Source: Opitutales bacterium (GTDB lineage: Bacteria; Verrucomicrobiota; Verrucomicrobiia; Opitutales; JABSRG01). Taken from it: a stretch of 29,032 bases of DNA. The stretch covers positions 1 to 29,032 of the forward strand of contig JBMYOQ010000058.1 of the NCBI GenBank assembly GCA_049599475.1, read 5' to 3'. The notes under the pieces were generated by a model. It was not told the DNA's origin, made no database searches, and saw nothing but the letters and a program-made list of their open reading frames with translations. A program made the translations under genes and the position numbers. Positions 17,393 to 26,905 of the stretch are shown here, in pieces (position 1 is the stretch's first letter; the number at the start of each line of letters is the position of its first letter).

Positions 17393-17509
17393 GCCGCCAA
17401 CAAAGCAACTTAGTCCCCAAATTCAAAGTTTATAGAGAAAATGTTCCAGCTTGGACTGAGCTAAATTCAGACAGAATTAAGAACAATGGGCACAACGAAG
17501 TGAGTCATG

Positions 17510-19174
17510 CTAATCCCGTCTGAATAAATACCCTTCCATCGATTCAGCTAATCCTCCAGAGCGAAACCTCTTAAGCCAAACGGATTCGGCATTCTTGAGG
17601 AGTTCGGGTTCAATCTTCCCATCCTCCCCCAACAACTGCTGCTTTGCTGCCCTAAGATATTCCAGAATGAGCGCACACTCCTGGTATAGTGAGTTATTAT
17701 CAAACCCCCGAAAATCAACTTTCGAAAGACCGTTGGCCAAGCTATCAATTTCGGTAGACAGTCTATCTAAGGGGACCTCGCTCAGCGCCAATTCAAAATC
17801 TCCAGGAAACGGGCTTTCTCGCAAGAGGGTTAATATCAGGCTCCGATTGAAACGGAGGGTATCCAGCCTCGTATCGATACTACCGACCTGGCACAGCCAT
17901 GCACCCAGGCCATCACATTGACCCTTAAAGGCGTAGCGATCCAGTCCATGCTCGACGTCCACCGCGCCCGGGTCGGCATTCCAAGCGTATGCCCCACCAA
18001 GCACAATGGCAGGCAAAAGCGTTGGCCAGGGTTGCGCGTGTCCCTGGTCCCCCCAGTGGGTCAGGAGCAGTCCCCGGGAGCCCCACCGTTTGGCAGCTTT
18101 AGCCGCCGCCGGAATATTCTGCCGAGCAATATCCCAACGCCCTGTTAGACTATTCCAGGTGCTATCCCCGGGGCTCACTAAGAACTCGACCTGTGATGCC
18201 TTAAGGTGCTCACACTGTTCATCAAATGGATGATCTGGTTCATACCCCCAAAGAACAGCCCGCCCGTTTCCAGAGAGGCGTTTTAATTTGTCTGGATACT
18301 TGAGTGCCACATCTGCCCAATAATAGGGCTGGACCCCTTGCTCACTTAGGTGACTGCACAATCCGTCTAACCAATCGAAAAAGACATCTCCGTCCGCAGC
18401 CTCAGGCCGTACTTGACCGCTACGACCTTCCCCAAGTTCCCAAGGTTCATCGCACCCGATGTTAAACTTGTTGCTTTGAAAATTGGGCAACAATTGAGCG
18501 TATAGGTCCAGTATCAGATTTTTGGATTCAACAGACGGAGCCAAGGTGCTTCCCACGGTTTTGCGCACACCGCTCACGGGATGGGTAAATCCGTCTGGGC
18601 ATTCCGCATACGGGTGATACTCCGGATGCTTTAACCAGCGCTCAAAATGCCCGAGGGAATTTTGGTTCGGGACCAATTCAATGAAGCGTTCCTGGCAATA
18701 TGTATCTAGCTCACGGAGCTGTTCCGCCGTCATCGGGCTGCTATTGCGCCAAACGGTCTCATGCCCTGCGTAGGCGAAAGTGTGCTCTGTATAGAGTTGC
18801 AGCTGATTGTATTTGAAATGAGCTAACAAATCCACCAACTCAAACAGCGTCTGCATCGTGGGCACTCGGCAGCGGCTAATATCAAGCATGTAACCGCGCT
18901 CGGGAAACTCTGGAGCATCTTCGATCTCTACACAGGGTAATTTCCCCGAATGCAACGCAGCCCATTGCTTGAGCGTTTGCTTCGCATAAAAGGCACCCGC
19001 CAAATCAGAGGCATATACGTCTACCGCCTCTTTACTGATGATGAGCCGATAAGCTTCGGCGGGAAGTTCAGCATGATCCGCGTCGACTCGTATTTCATCT
19101 AAATCGCCACGGTATACGCCCTCCTCCATCAACATACTTTTAGGAGGCGGAACGAGTTCACACGACCTACTCAT
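17510..19174 (-). CDS. GH20 beta-N-acetylhexosaminidase, no signal peptide
   Basis: IEDAPEFPERGYMLDISR, NQLQLYTEH, NSLGHFERWL, catalytic IGCDE, THWGDQGH. ATG 19174 overlaps the symporter stop codon. Confidence 0.92.
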   Translation of the reverse strand: MSRSCELVPPPKSMLMEEGVYRGDLDEIRVDADHAELPAEAYRLIISKEAVDVYASDLAGAFYAKQTLKQWAALHSGKLPCVEIEDAPEFPERGYMLDISRCRVPTMQTLFELVDLLAHFKYNQLQLYTEHTFAYAGHETVWRNSSPMTAEQLRELDTYCQERFIELVPNQNSLGHFERWLKHPEYHPYAECPDGFTHPVSGVRKTVGSTLAPSVESKNLILDLYAQLLPNFQSNKFNIGCDEPWELGEGRSGQVRPEAADGDVFFDWLDGLCSHLSEQGVQPYYWADVALKYPDKLKRLSGNGRAVLWGYEPDHPFDEQCEHLKASQVEFLVSPGDSTWNSLTGRWDIARQNIPAAAKAAKRWGSRGLLLTHWGDQGHAQPWPTLLPAIVLGGAYAWNADPGAVDVEHGLDRYAFKGQCDGLGAWLCQVGSIDTRLDTLRFNRSLILTLLRESPFPGDFELALSEVPLDRLSTEIDSLANGLSKVDFRGFDNNSLYQECALILEYLRAAKQQLLGEDGKIEPELLKNAESVWLKRFRSGGLAESMEGYLFRRD

Positions 19175-20636
19175 CGTCAACGGTCCTCGCAGCAAAACCA
19201 ATTAGAAAACTACAGAGCGTCCCGATTACAATAAGCCAGGTCCAACCCAACGCGATTGTTTCAGTCCGTATCAGAATCAAGAGCGTCAGTGTCGTGGCTA
19301 CACTCGTCGAAACGCCCACGAGATTACTCGTATCACTCCCGCGCGAGCGGGTTGTCAGGCCCAGCAGAAACAAACCCAATAGAGCCCCGTAGGTAAGGCT
19401 GCTCATTTGAAAAGCAAGCCATAGATATTGCCCGCCAGTTTGGTCGAGAATTGTGGCAATCAATCCCAAAATCACCGCAAACACGACCGTAGTGACCCGG
19501 CTAATACTCAGCAATGAACCCAGTGAGCCTTCTCGCCTCTTTAGGGGAGCGATTAAATCATTAGTCGCCGATGAACTGAGCGCTGCCATCGCAGAGTCCA
19601 GGCTCGACATCGCAGCCGCCAGCACTCCTGCAATCAAGAGCCCTTTGAGCCCAGCTGGAGCCAAGCTAGCAATAAAGGTGGGGAATGCATCATCACTCGC
19701 ATCTAGGGATTCGAGAGCGAGGGCTTGCCCACTCTCAGCAAATACAAACAAACCGGCTCCGACCATTAAAAACAAGGCAGCGATGGGTACCGCGATAAAC
19801 CCACTGAGAATAAGGCTACGCTGCGCCTGCTTCGCACTTTTCGAAGTGAGCAATCGCTGGGTCAAGTCGTGGTCGGTTCCCAAAGCTGCCGTAGTCTGAA
19901 TAAAGCCGAATATCATAGCCAACCACAGGACATTTGCATCGCTAAACCATGCCGCAATCCCCGAACCTTCAGGGCTCCATTTAAACACCTCTAGGCGACC
20001 GGCGCCATCTGCGGTCTCCCACAAATATTCCCAGCTCAAGGTATTGCCTAAAAAAGCCAAGGCGCAGACCCCCGCAGCGATAAACACCACAGCCTGTATG
20101 CAATCTGTCCACACAACAGCTCGAATGCCCCCAGCACCCGTATAGATCACTGCGAGAATACAAAACCCGGGGATACTCCAGGACAAAGGGATCCCGAGAA
20201 TGATGCTCAAGCCACTTGCCGCAATCAAGAGCCGCACCCCCGACGCCATCAGGCGTGTAATTAGAAATAAGACGGAGCCAATCTTCTGACTGTTCCCGCC
20301 AAAGCGCTGCCCCAAGTATTCGTAAATGGTGACACATCCAGCACGGTAAAACACTCCGATGAAGACGTATGCCACAAAGAATCGCGCGAGGATAGATCCG
20401 AGCCCAAATTGCAAGTAGTTGAAATTTTCTGAAAACCCGACTCCTGGCACCGCGAGAAATGTAGCGGCACTTACTTCCGTTGCCACCAGCGACCCCAAGA
20501 CTGCCCACCACGGAATTTGCCGTCCGCCAACGAAGAAATCGGCCCCGTCGCGGTCTTTGCGTCCTGCAAACAAACCGACAATAACAATCGCCAATAGGTA
20601 GGCAGCGATAATGACACCATCAACAGCGCTCAACAT
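19167..20636 (-). CDS. Sodium:solute symporter (SSS/SLC5)
   Basis: DFFVGGRQIPWW, SLVATEVSAATF, GGIRAVVWTDCIQ, TDHDLTQRLL, AAAMSSLDS; many TM helices. Start taken at ATG 20636. Confidence 0.93.
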   Translation of the reverse strand: MLSAVDGVIIAAYLLAIVIVGLFAGRKDRDGADFFVGGRQIPWWAVLGSLVATEVSAATFLAVPGVGFSENFNYLQFGLGSILARFFVAYVFIGVFYRAGCVTIYEYLGQRFGGNSQKIGSVLFLITRLMASGVRLLIAASGLSIILGIPLSWSIPGFCILAVIYTGAGGIRAVVWTDCIQAVVFIAAGVCALAFLGNTLSWEYLWETADGAGRLEVFKWSPEGSGIAAWFSDANVLWLAMIFGFIQTTAALGTDHDLTQRLLTSKSAKQAQRSLILSGFIAVPIAALFLMVGAGLFVFAESGQALALESLDASDDAFPTFIASLAPAGLKGLLIAGVLAAAMSSLDSAMAALSSSATNDLIAPLKRREGSLGSLLSISRVTTVVFAVILGLIATILDQTGGQYLWLAFQMSSLTYGALLGLFLLGLTTRSRGSDTSNLVGVSTSVATTLTLLILIRTETIALGWTWLIVIGTLCSFLIGFAARTVDDE

Positions 20637-22182
20637 TACAATCCTTCCCTTCAAGCAGCTTCAAGGTTTCCAATACAATAGAACTTTCGGGCTGCATGTT
20701 TGAGCGTGTCTCAAAAAGTGCAAGACACACAGTTTCATAACCGGGAACTGGGAGCCCTCGCTGCTCCTGTATTTGGCGAATGTATCGGATAGCTCGGTCT
20801 ATCAATTTTCGATTGCTCGGCTTCACCCAAGTCATCCAATTCCCTTCATAGCGTCCCAGCCTACCTGCGACCAGCGTGCTGTGGGCATTGAGCAGGAGTT
20901 TGAGATACAGATTGCGGATGAGCAAATCTCTCGGCGCCGGTATGCACAACTCAAGATTATCGAGCTGCAATCGAAGGCCCGAAGCATCTTCTTCAATTGA
21001 AAAAACATGCGGTGAACTCCCCATGCCCTCCGCACGATGATCGGCCGCTCTGGCCGAAATGTCATATCCCAATAAATACTCAAATCCCGCCTCATGACGC
21101 ACAGCATCCCATTCGAGTGTCCTGGGTCGGCGCCCAAGAATGCGCGCCCAAGCCAACTCCGAGTTTTCTGCCGTCTCCACTGATAAATAGACCGCGGAGG
21201 GTTCTTGGTCGCTACGCGAGGTGTTCTCAAAAGGATTTAGGCTAAACGTCGGCGCGCGCTCCGTGGTGTCGGTCAATACCGTGAGCCCAAATTGTTCAGT
21301 TTGATACAAGAGGTGTTCCCCGCGCTTTATAATCGCACTCTCGCACTCGGTGAAGGGAGCCATCAATCGATAATCGAGAGACGCGCACTCCTCCTTCAAA
21401 GCCTCCAAGGCAGGCGTGATTTCGGAGGGCGCATCGAAATATCGCAGAGCCATCGCCACTGCAACAAGCTGCACCGTAGTCGCCTGTAAGCGGGTACTTC
21501 CAGACAATGCCATCGGCCCCGTAATCAGCGGCAAGAGCTCGACTTTTGAATGCTCCAAAATGTCACGAGACCGCTGAACCGTGCGCTTCAAATCTTCCTC
21601 TGGATTACAAAAGCAAAACCACGCCTTCGATTGGCTCAGCTCGGTGGAACGCTCGGTAGCCGCGATCACAAAGGGCGTCTCTCCGCCTTCGGTGATACCG
21701 ATTAACCGGTCTCCATCCCTAAAGCCCAGCTCGTCCAGCTGACGTCGTCCGTAATCAACGCGATCCTCAAATCCTTCCAATGAGCGGATCAATGCGGCAT
21801 CCCCCCCAGCCATGAAACCAAACACCGATTCCTGATATGGCTTAGCCACCCAGCCAGAGCGACACAGCGACTCGACCGTCAATGCGAGTCGGCCCGTAGC
21901 CCCACATCCAGCCATGAAAATGCGTCCACCCGCAGCGAGCGTCTCGGCGACCGCCCGTGCCATTTTCTCAATCTGAGGACCCGCATCCACCACGACATCC
22001 AGTGCGGCCATGTCTACCCGCTTAAAGCAGGCAAAGGCCGTGTCGAGGTCCTCATTTGCCCAACCCGATAAATCCCGCGTCCAGGGGTGGCTTTGCTCGG
22101 TGGGCAGGTCTCCCAGCTTGAACTGATCCGCGACTTCCAAAAAGGCACGCGCTTGAGCTAAAGGAGATTCTATTTGTGACAC
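20620..22182 (-). CDS. MurQ/GKRP-related double-SIS-domain sugar-phosphate-binding protein
   Basis: PTEQSHP, GCGATGRL, AGGDAALIRSLEGFED, TPFV, TGPMALSGSTRL and C-terminal KLLLNAHST...GNWM...SNRKL; 520 aa versus about 300 aa for MurQ. Confidence 0.8.
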   Translation of the reverse strand: MSQIESPLAQARAFLEVADQFKLGDLPTEQSHPWTRDLSGWANEDLDTAFACFKRVDMAALDVVVDAGPQIEKMARAVAETLAAGGRIFMAGCGATGRLALTVESLCRSGWVAKPYQESVFGFMAGGDAALIRSLEGFEDRVDYGRRQLDELGFRDGDRLIGITEGGETPFVIAATERSTELSQSKAWFCFCNPEEDLKRTVQRSRDILEHSKVELLPLITGPMALSGSTRLQATTVQLVAVAMALRYFDAPSEITPALEALKEECASLDYRLMAPFTECESAIIKRGEHLLYQTEQFGLTVLTDTTERAPTFSLNPFENTSRSDQEPSAVYLSVETAENSELAWARILGRRPRTLEWDAVRHEAGFEYLLGYDISARAADHRAEGMGSSPHVFSIEEDASGLRLQLDNLELCIPAPRDLLIRNLYLKLLLNAHSTLVAGRLGRYEGNWMTWVKPSNRKLIDRAIRYIRQIQEQRGLPVPGYETVCLALFETRSNMQPESSIVLETLKLLEGKDCNVERC

Positions 22183-22356
22183 AGCAACCAGCGTTAAATA
22201 CCTAGCTCAAAGGGCAAATCTAAACTGCAATTTGACGAGATTCGATTTACGCAACTCTCGCATATTAACTGAGCGATACTCTCGGACGTTAGACAGGCTT
22301 ACTGATAATTAAGTATCTACGACCCAAAGTATCTCATTTATCGTAATCCAATTCTT

Positions 22357-23148
22357 ATGCAAAGCCACGAAATCGACTACGAAATCATCGGCGACGACAT
22401 GCAGATCGTCGAAATTGAATTAGACCCCGCAGAAACTGTCGTAGCCGAAGCCGGCGCGATGAATTACATGGAATCCGGAATCTCCTTTGAAGCGCGCATG
22501 GGCGACGGATCATCCGACACCGAAGGCTTCTTCGGCAAACTGATGGGAGCCGGCAAACGTGTGCTCACCGGGGAATCTATCTTCATGACTCATTTCACCA
22601 ACAACGGGATGAGCAAAAAACGCGTTGCCTTCTCAGCCCCTTACCCGGGAAAAATCATTCCCATAGATATGGGAGAGCTCGGAGGCGATGCAATCCTCTG
22701 CCAAAAGGATGCCTTTCTCTGCGCCGCCAAGGGAACACGCCAGTCCATCGCATTCAGCAAGCGTTTCGGTGTCGGGCTCTTTGGCGGAGAAGGGTTTATC
22801 CTGCAAAAAATAGAAGGTGACGGAAAGGTCTTCCTTCACGCTGGCGGAACGGTCGTCAAAAAGGAGCTGAACGGCGAAATGCTGCGCGTGGATACAGGGT
22901 GCATCGTAGCCTTTTCGGAAGGGATCGATTATGATATCGAGCGCGCGGGGAATCTGAAATCGATGATGTTCGGAGGTGAAGGCTTGTTTCTTGCCACTCT
23001 TCGCGGAACGGGTGTGGTGCTCCTGCAGTCACTGCCATTCTCCCGTCTGGCAGATCGCATTTTGGCCAACGCACCCACGGTCAGCACAAACCAACAAGGC
23101 GAAGGCTCAGCAATCGGTTCGATCTACAGAATGCTAGACGGAAACTAG
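22357..23148 (+). CDS. TIGR00266 / AIM24 family protein
   Basis: [67 protein letters not shown]. Confidence 0.93.
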   Translation: MQSHEIDYEIIGDDMQIVEIELDPAETVVAEAGAMNYMESGISFEARMGDGSSDTEGFFGKLMGAGKRVLTGESIFMTHFTNNGMSKKRVAFSAPYPGKIIPIDMGELGGDAILCQKDAFLCAAKGTRQSIAFSKRFGVGLFGGEGFILQKIEGDGKVFLHAGGTVVKKELNGEMLRVDTGCIVAFSEGIDYDIERAGNLKSMMFGGEGLFLATLRGTGVVLLQSLPFSRLADRILANAPTVSTNQQGEGSAIGSIYRMLDGN

Positions 23149-23207
23149 AACCCGAGACGCCCATAGGTCTTTCCTTGAGGGAACGCCTTCTAACTATCCA
23201 ATCTTTC

Positions 23208-23235
23208 AAGCCTGGCAAAACGCCGGGCTTTTTTT
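23208..23235 (+). terminator. Rho-independent terminator of the AIM24 gene
   Basis: aagcctggc-aaaac-gccgggc followed by a T-run. Confidence 0.88.
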
Positions 23236-23267
23236 GTGTATTCAAACACCAGTATAGACTTACTTTA

Positions 23268-23514
23268 TTAATTGGTTTGGAATGACGATCTGGAGTTCAC
23301 CAAGCTTATAAAAGGAACCACGAATGGACACGGATTCACACGAATTCTCCATACGACGGCGCCGCATTCGTGTTTATTCGTGCTCATTCGTGGTTAACAG
23401 AATGTTGGTCATTGATTTAACTAAGTAGAAATAGACGGTTACTCAAAAGTGTTTTCGTTTATTCTGGTAAAACCACACTTTCGAAGTGCTGGAGTGGTAG
23501 GGCGCAACCGTCTA
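23268..23514. repeat. 247-bp dispersed repeat, copy B (inverted relative to 14812-15058)
   Basis: Reverse complement aligns with copy A from tagacgg to ccaaaccaattaa. Confidence 0.95.
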
Positions 23515-23764
23515 ATTTTTGGCACAAATCAACCGGGTATCGTCGCAATCAGCCCTGCAAAAACCCAGTCTATATGTTATTGTTTAGCGCAATTGTTCAT
23601 CTAGTTTACCCATACACCTAAATCCCAGCTTGCCTGAGCACGAACGAGCTTCATCCGACTGATGCATCCATAAAATGCGCAGACTGATGATGCCCCAGAT
23701 TCGATTGGCGGCGGCCGATTAGGTTGCCCATCCACTCTCAAAGAAACCCCTACCCCCTCGCCTC

Positions 23765-26700
23765 ATGTCCGTATTAAAGGCCCCCACCTTTTGCGTATTG
23801 TTTATCCTATTGCATTCACTGCTGTCCGCTTGGAATTCCTCGCGTGTGTTCCCTCGGAGCGATGGCAGACTCGTCTATGTTTCAGACAAATCGGGCAACC
23901 GGATTGTTGATTTTAGCCACGCCGGATATCGCGGTGGAGGCATAGATTTCCCCTCTGTTCCCGTAGTCAAAACGATCGATCCCATTGAGGGCGATAATAC
24001 CGCTCACATTCAGGACACCATCAATGAAGTCGCCGCCATGCCAGTCGATGAAGACGGCTACCGTGGCACCCTCCTTCTAAACTCTGGAGACTATCCTGTA
24101 TCCGGAATTTTATACATACGCGCCGACGGAATCGTGTTGAGAGGTAAGGGCCAAGGCACTGGGTCGGCTGCCTCCCGTATTATCGGAACCGGTACAAACA
24201 AAAGGAAAAACCTCGGAATCATTGTCATAGAGCCAGAAACCAACCCCAACCCCGAGGAAAGTGGGACCCGCCAAAACATAGTGAGCCCCTACATACCTGT
24301 GGGCTGCAGAACGATCGAAGTGGAAGATGCCTCTATTTACTCAGTAGGTGATTATCTGGTAATTGAACACCTTGCTACCGATGCATGGTTGAACGCCATA
24401 AACTACGGCAATATCGACGGCGACCCCAACCAGTGGCTTCCGGGCGACAATGCGCTCAATATGTTTTTTCACGGCAATATCACCGCCATTGATGGGAATC
24501 AAATAAAGCTCGATTCGCCGATCTACCACGAGATTGATCGCGACTTGGTTCAGGCAACCGTGTATCGACACAACGGTCGCGGCTTGATCCGCGAAGTCGG
24601 CGTAGAGAACATTCGAGTCGAGATCGAAAATCAAGGCGGCACCGACGAGAATCATGCATGGGATTGCGTCCACTTTATCGATGCGCGCAATTGCTGGGCA
24701 GTCGATGTCACTTCAAAAGGATTTGCCGAATCCGGCATCCGCTTTACCCGCTCAACACGATCCACCGCTCTCGACTGCTCGGCCATCGGCCCCGTGTCAC
24801 AAGTAACAGGAGGTCGTCGCTACAACTTTTATGTGGGCGTCGACTGCCATGATATACTCATCAAGGGCGGGCGCACTACTTATGGTCGCCACTGCTACGT
24901 GGCCAATGGAGGCGCCACCACCAACGGCATCGTCTTCACCCAATCTACAGCGGAGCGGTCGCATGGCTCATCAGAGAACCACCGGCGCTGGGGAGCGGCC
25001 ATGCTCTGGGACAATATGGTTTTTGAGAACCCGATTACCAATGTCCCCCTGGCTCTCTACAATCGAGGCGCCTACGGGACGTCTCACGGCTGGACCGGCA
25101 CCGGATTGGTAGCCTGGAATGTTTCCACTCCCGATGATTACGTAGTGTGTGAGACTCCCCCACTCGGCGAAAACTACGCGATCGGCTGCAATGCCGACAT
25201 CGGCCGCTATTCATATCCTTACGGCTTTGTCGAAGGCACACGCGAAACGCCCAACATTCAATCTCTCTACGAAGCGCAACTCGCCGACCGCCTCACTTTC
25301 GGCGTGGGCCCGGACGCTCCAGCTAGGCTCAAAGCCAGCCATTACCGCAGCGGCGAAGCTCCATTCGTAGCTCTCGACTGGCTGGACACCGCTATGGACG
25401 AGACGGGATTTGTAATCGAGCGCTCCGACGATGGGGGCAATTCTTTTACCATTATCCAGACACTCCCCGCAAACACAGTCGGATACACGGACACAAGTGT
25501 GACTGCGGACGCTCGATACACCTACCGCGTCCGCTCGCGCAACGACCAAAACCGCTCCGCTTACAGCAACCCAGTCGATGTCAACCTGGCTGTAGTAGAA
25601 CGTCGCTACCTCTGGACGTATCAAGCAGAATACTACACAAGCCGCGCCAATACTCCCGTAAAATGGGACAACCATCGCTGGACAGGAATGGGCTATGCGC
25701 AATTAAACCAGGAAAATTCATGGTTCGAATTTAATAACATCGAAGGCGGCCAGGGCGGAAACTGTCATATCGTGATTCACTACGCCAGCCCAGACAATCG
25801 CACTGGAGAACTCATCATAAATGGCGAAACAATTACAGCCCTAGACTTCCAAGACACCGGGTGGTGGAACGATTGGAAATCGATCACCATCAACACTAAA
25901 CTGAATACCGGGCTCAACACCTTACGTATTGCGAATACTACAGCAGGCGAAGGCGCACGCATTGACCGCATAGAAATAAAGCTCAATCCAGCCATTTATG
26001 CGGCCGGGGACTATGCTCCCGACAATACCGCAAACATGGCTTTCGATAGTAACACTGAAACAGACTGGATTCACTACAGTCCACAAGAGAGCTGGATCCA
26101 CTACGCATTTCTCGACCGAGTGGCGCTCGGGTATTACGCCGTTCGCTCCGGTAGCGGCCCTCAAGCGAATGACCCCCGAGACTGGCATCTCCAGGGAAGC
26201 AACAATCGCGGCGGTCAATGGACGACAGTGGACTCTCGCCAAAATGTGATCTTCGAATCTCGCGGAGAGATTAAAACATTTCCCGTGACCAACCCTGGCG
26301 AATACCAGATGTATCGGCTCCTGATCGAGCAAGTAAACGATTTGGAAAACGCAGATTACATCCATCTCAGCGAACTCGAGCTCCAACCCGTCGCCTGGCC
26401 ACTGGAAGGCTACTATGCATGGTCCACCGACAATCAACTCAAGGGCTGGAAAGACAAAGATGACGACCACGATGGGCGCTCCAACTTAATGGAATACCTC
26501 TTTAACGGGGACCCCACAAATTCGAGTGATCCGGGCGACACTCCCGACATTACCTATTCGGGCAATACCGTGACCTTCTCTTACCCCATCCGCTCCGAAG
26601 ACCCCGCCATTCAAACACTATTGGAGACTTCGACAGATTTAAGTATCTGGAACCCTGCAAGCACCACAATCGAGTCCAATCCAGACGGCGACTACACCCA

Positions 26701-26767
26701 GATTATACAGAGCCTCAACCACGCAGGTGACCAACTTTACCTACGCTTACAGGTGAACCATGAGTGA
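23765..26767 (+). CDS. Secreted modular carbohydrate-active protein: right-handed beta-helix (pectate-lyase-like) + FN3 + CBM6/35-like + F5/8 type C-like + C-terminal PVC-type module
   Basis: Signal peptide; DFSHAGYRGGG and GIVLRGKG; FN3 (LDWLDTAMDETGFVIERS...YTYRVRSRN...SAYSN); YQAE...GMGY...IDRIEI; AFD...NDPRDWHLQGSN...WTTVD; DDDHDGRSNLMEYLFNGDP...STDLSIW...LYLRLQV. Confidence 0.8.
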   Translation: MSVLKAPTFCVLFILLHSLLSAWNSSRVFPRSDGRLVYVSDKSGNRIVDFSHAGYRGGGIDFPSVPVVKTIDPIEGDNTAHIQDTINEVAAMPVDEDGYRGTLLLNSGDYPVSGILYIRADGIVLRGKGQGTGSAASRIIGTGTNKRKNLGIIVIEPETNPNPEESGTRQNIVSPYIPVGCRTIEVEDASIYSVGDYLVIEHLATDAWLNAINYGNIDGDPNQWLPGDNALNMFFHGNITAIDGNQIKLDSPIYHEIDRDLVQATVYRHNGRGLIREVGVENIRVEIENQGGTDENHAWDCVHFIDARNCWAVDVTSKGFAESGIRFTRSTRSTALDCSAIGPVSQVTGGRRYNFYVGVDCHDILIKGGRTTYGRHCYVANGGATTNGIVFTQSTAERSHGSSENHRRWGAAMLWDNMVFENPITNVPLALYNRGAYGTSHGWTGTGLVAWNVSTPDDYVVCETPPLGENYAIGCNADIGRYSYPYGFVEGTRETPNIQSLYEAQLADRLTFGVGPDAPARLKASHYRSGEAPFVALDWLDTAMDETGFVIERSDDGGNSFTIIQTLPANTVGYTDTSVTADARYTYRVRSRNDQNRSAYSNPVDVNLAVVERRYLWTYQAEYYTSRANTPVKWDNHRWTGMGYAQLNQENSWFEFNNIEGGQGGNCHIVIHYASPDNRTGELIINGETITALDFQDTGWWNDWKSITINTKLNTGLNTLRIANTTAGEGARIDRIEIKLNPAIYAAGDYAPDNTANMAFDSNTETDWIHYSPQESWIHYAFLDRVALGYYAVRSGSGPQANDPRDWHLQGSNNRGGQWTTVDSRQNVIFESRGEIKTFPVTNPGEYQMYRLLIEQVNDLENADYIHLSELELQPVAWPLEGYYAWSTDNQLKGWKDKDDDHDGRSNLMEYLFNGDPTNSSDPGDTPDITYSGNTVTFSYPIRSEDPAIQTLLETSTDLSIWNPASTTIESNPDGDYTQIIQSLNHAGDQLYLRLQVNHE

Positions 26768-26905
26768 TGGGCTCGAGCCCCGTTGGACGGTTGAGAAACA
26801 CCCGCTAAAATCCACCCTGTCCTTATATTTCAAGTCTGCCTCGGTGATTGCACAGTGAATTTAATTCCGTTTTGCGCGGTTTCACTGGAGGACAGCTATC
26901 GAAAT

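Noticed and set aside
20620..22182. Assigning the gene symbol murQ
   Set aside because: It is much longer than MurQ, and the DASECPPT and RMK motifs are altered.
23655..23700. Fluoride riboswitch or hammerhead-like motif (ctgatgatgcc) upstream of the large secreted enzyme
   Set aside because: The 5' GGxGATGG...P1 stem is missing, there is no correctly placed GAAA for a hammerhead core, and the downstream gene is not fluoride-related. An Rfam scan would settle it.
26769..26780. Perfect 12-bp palindrome gggctcgagccc right after the stop codon
   Set aside because: It has no T-tract and occurs once, so it is too short to interpret.
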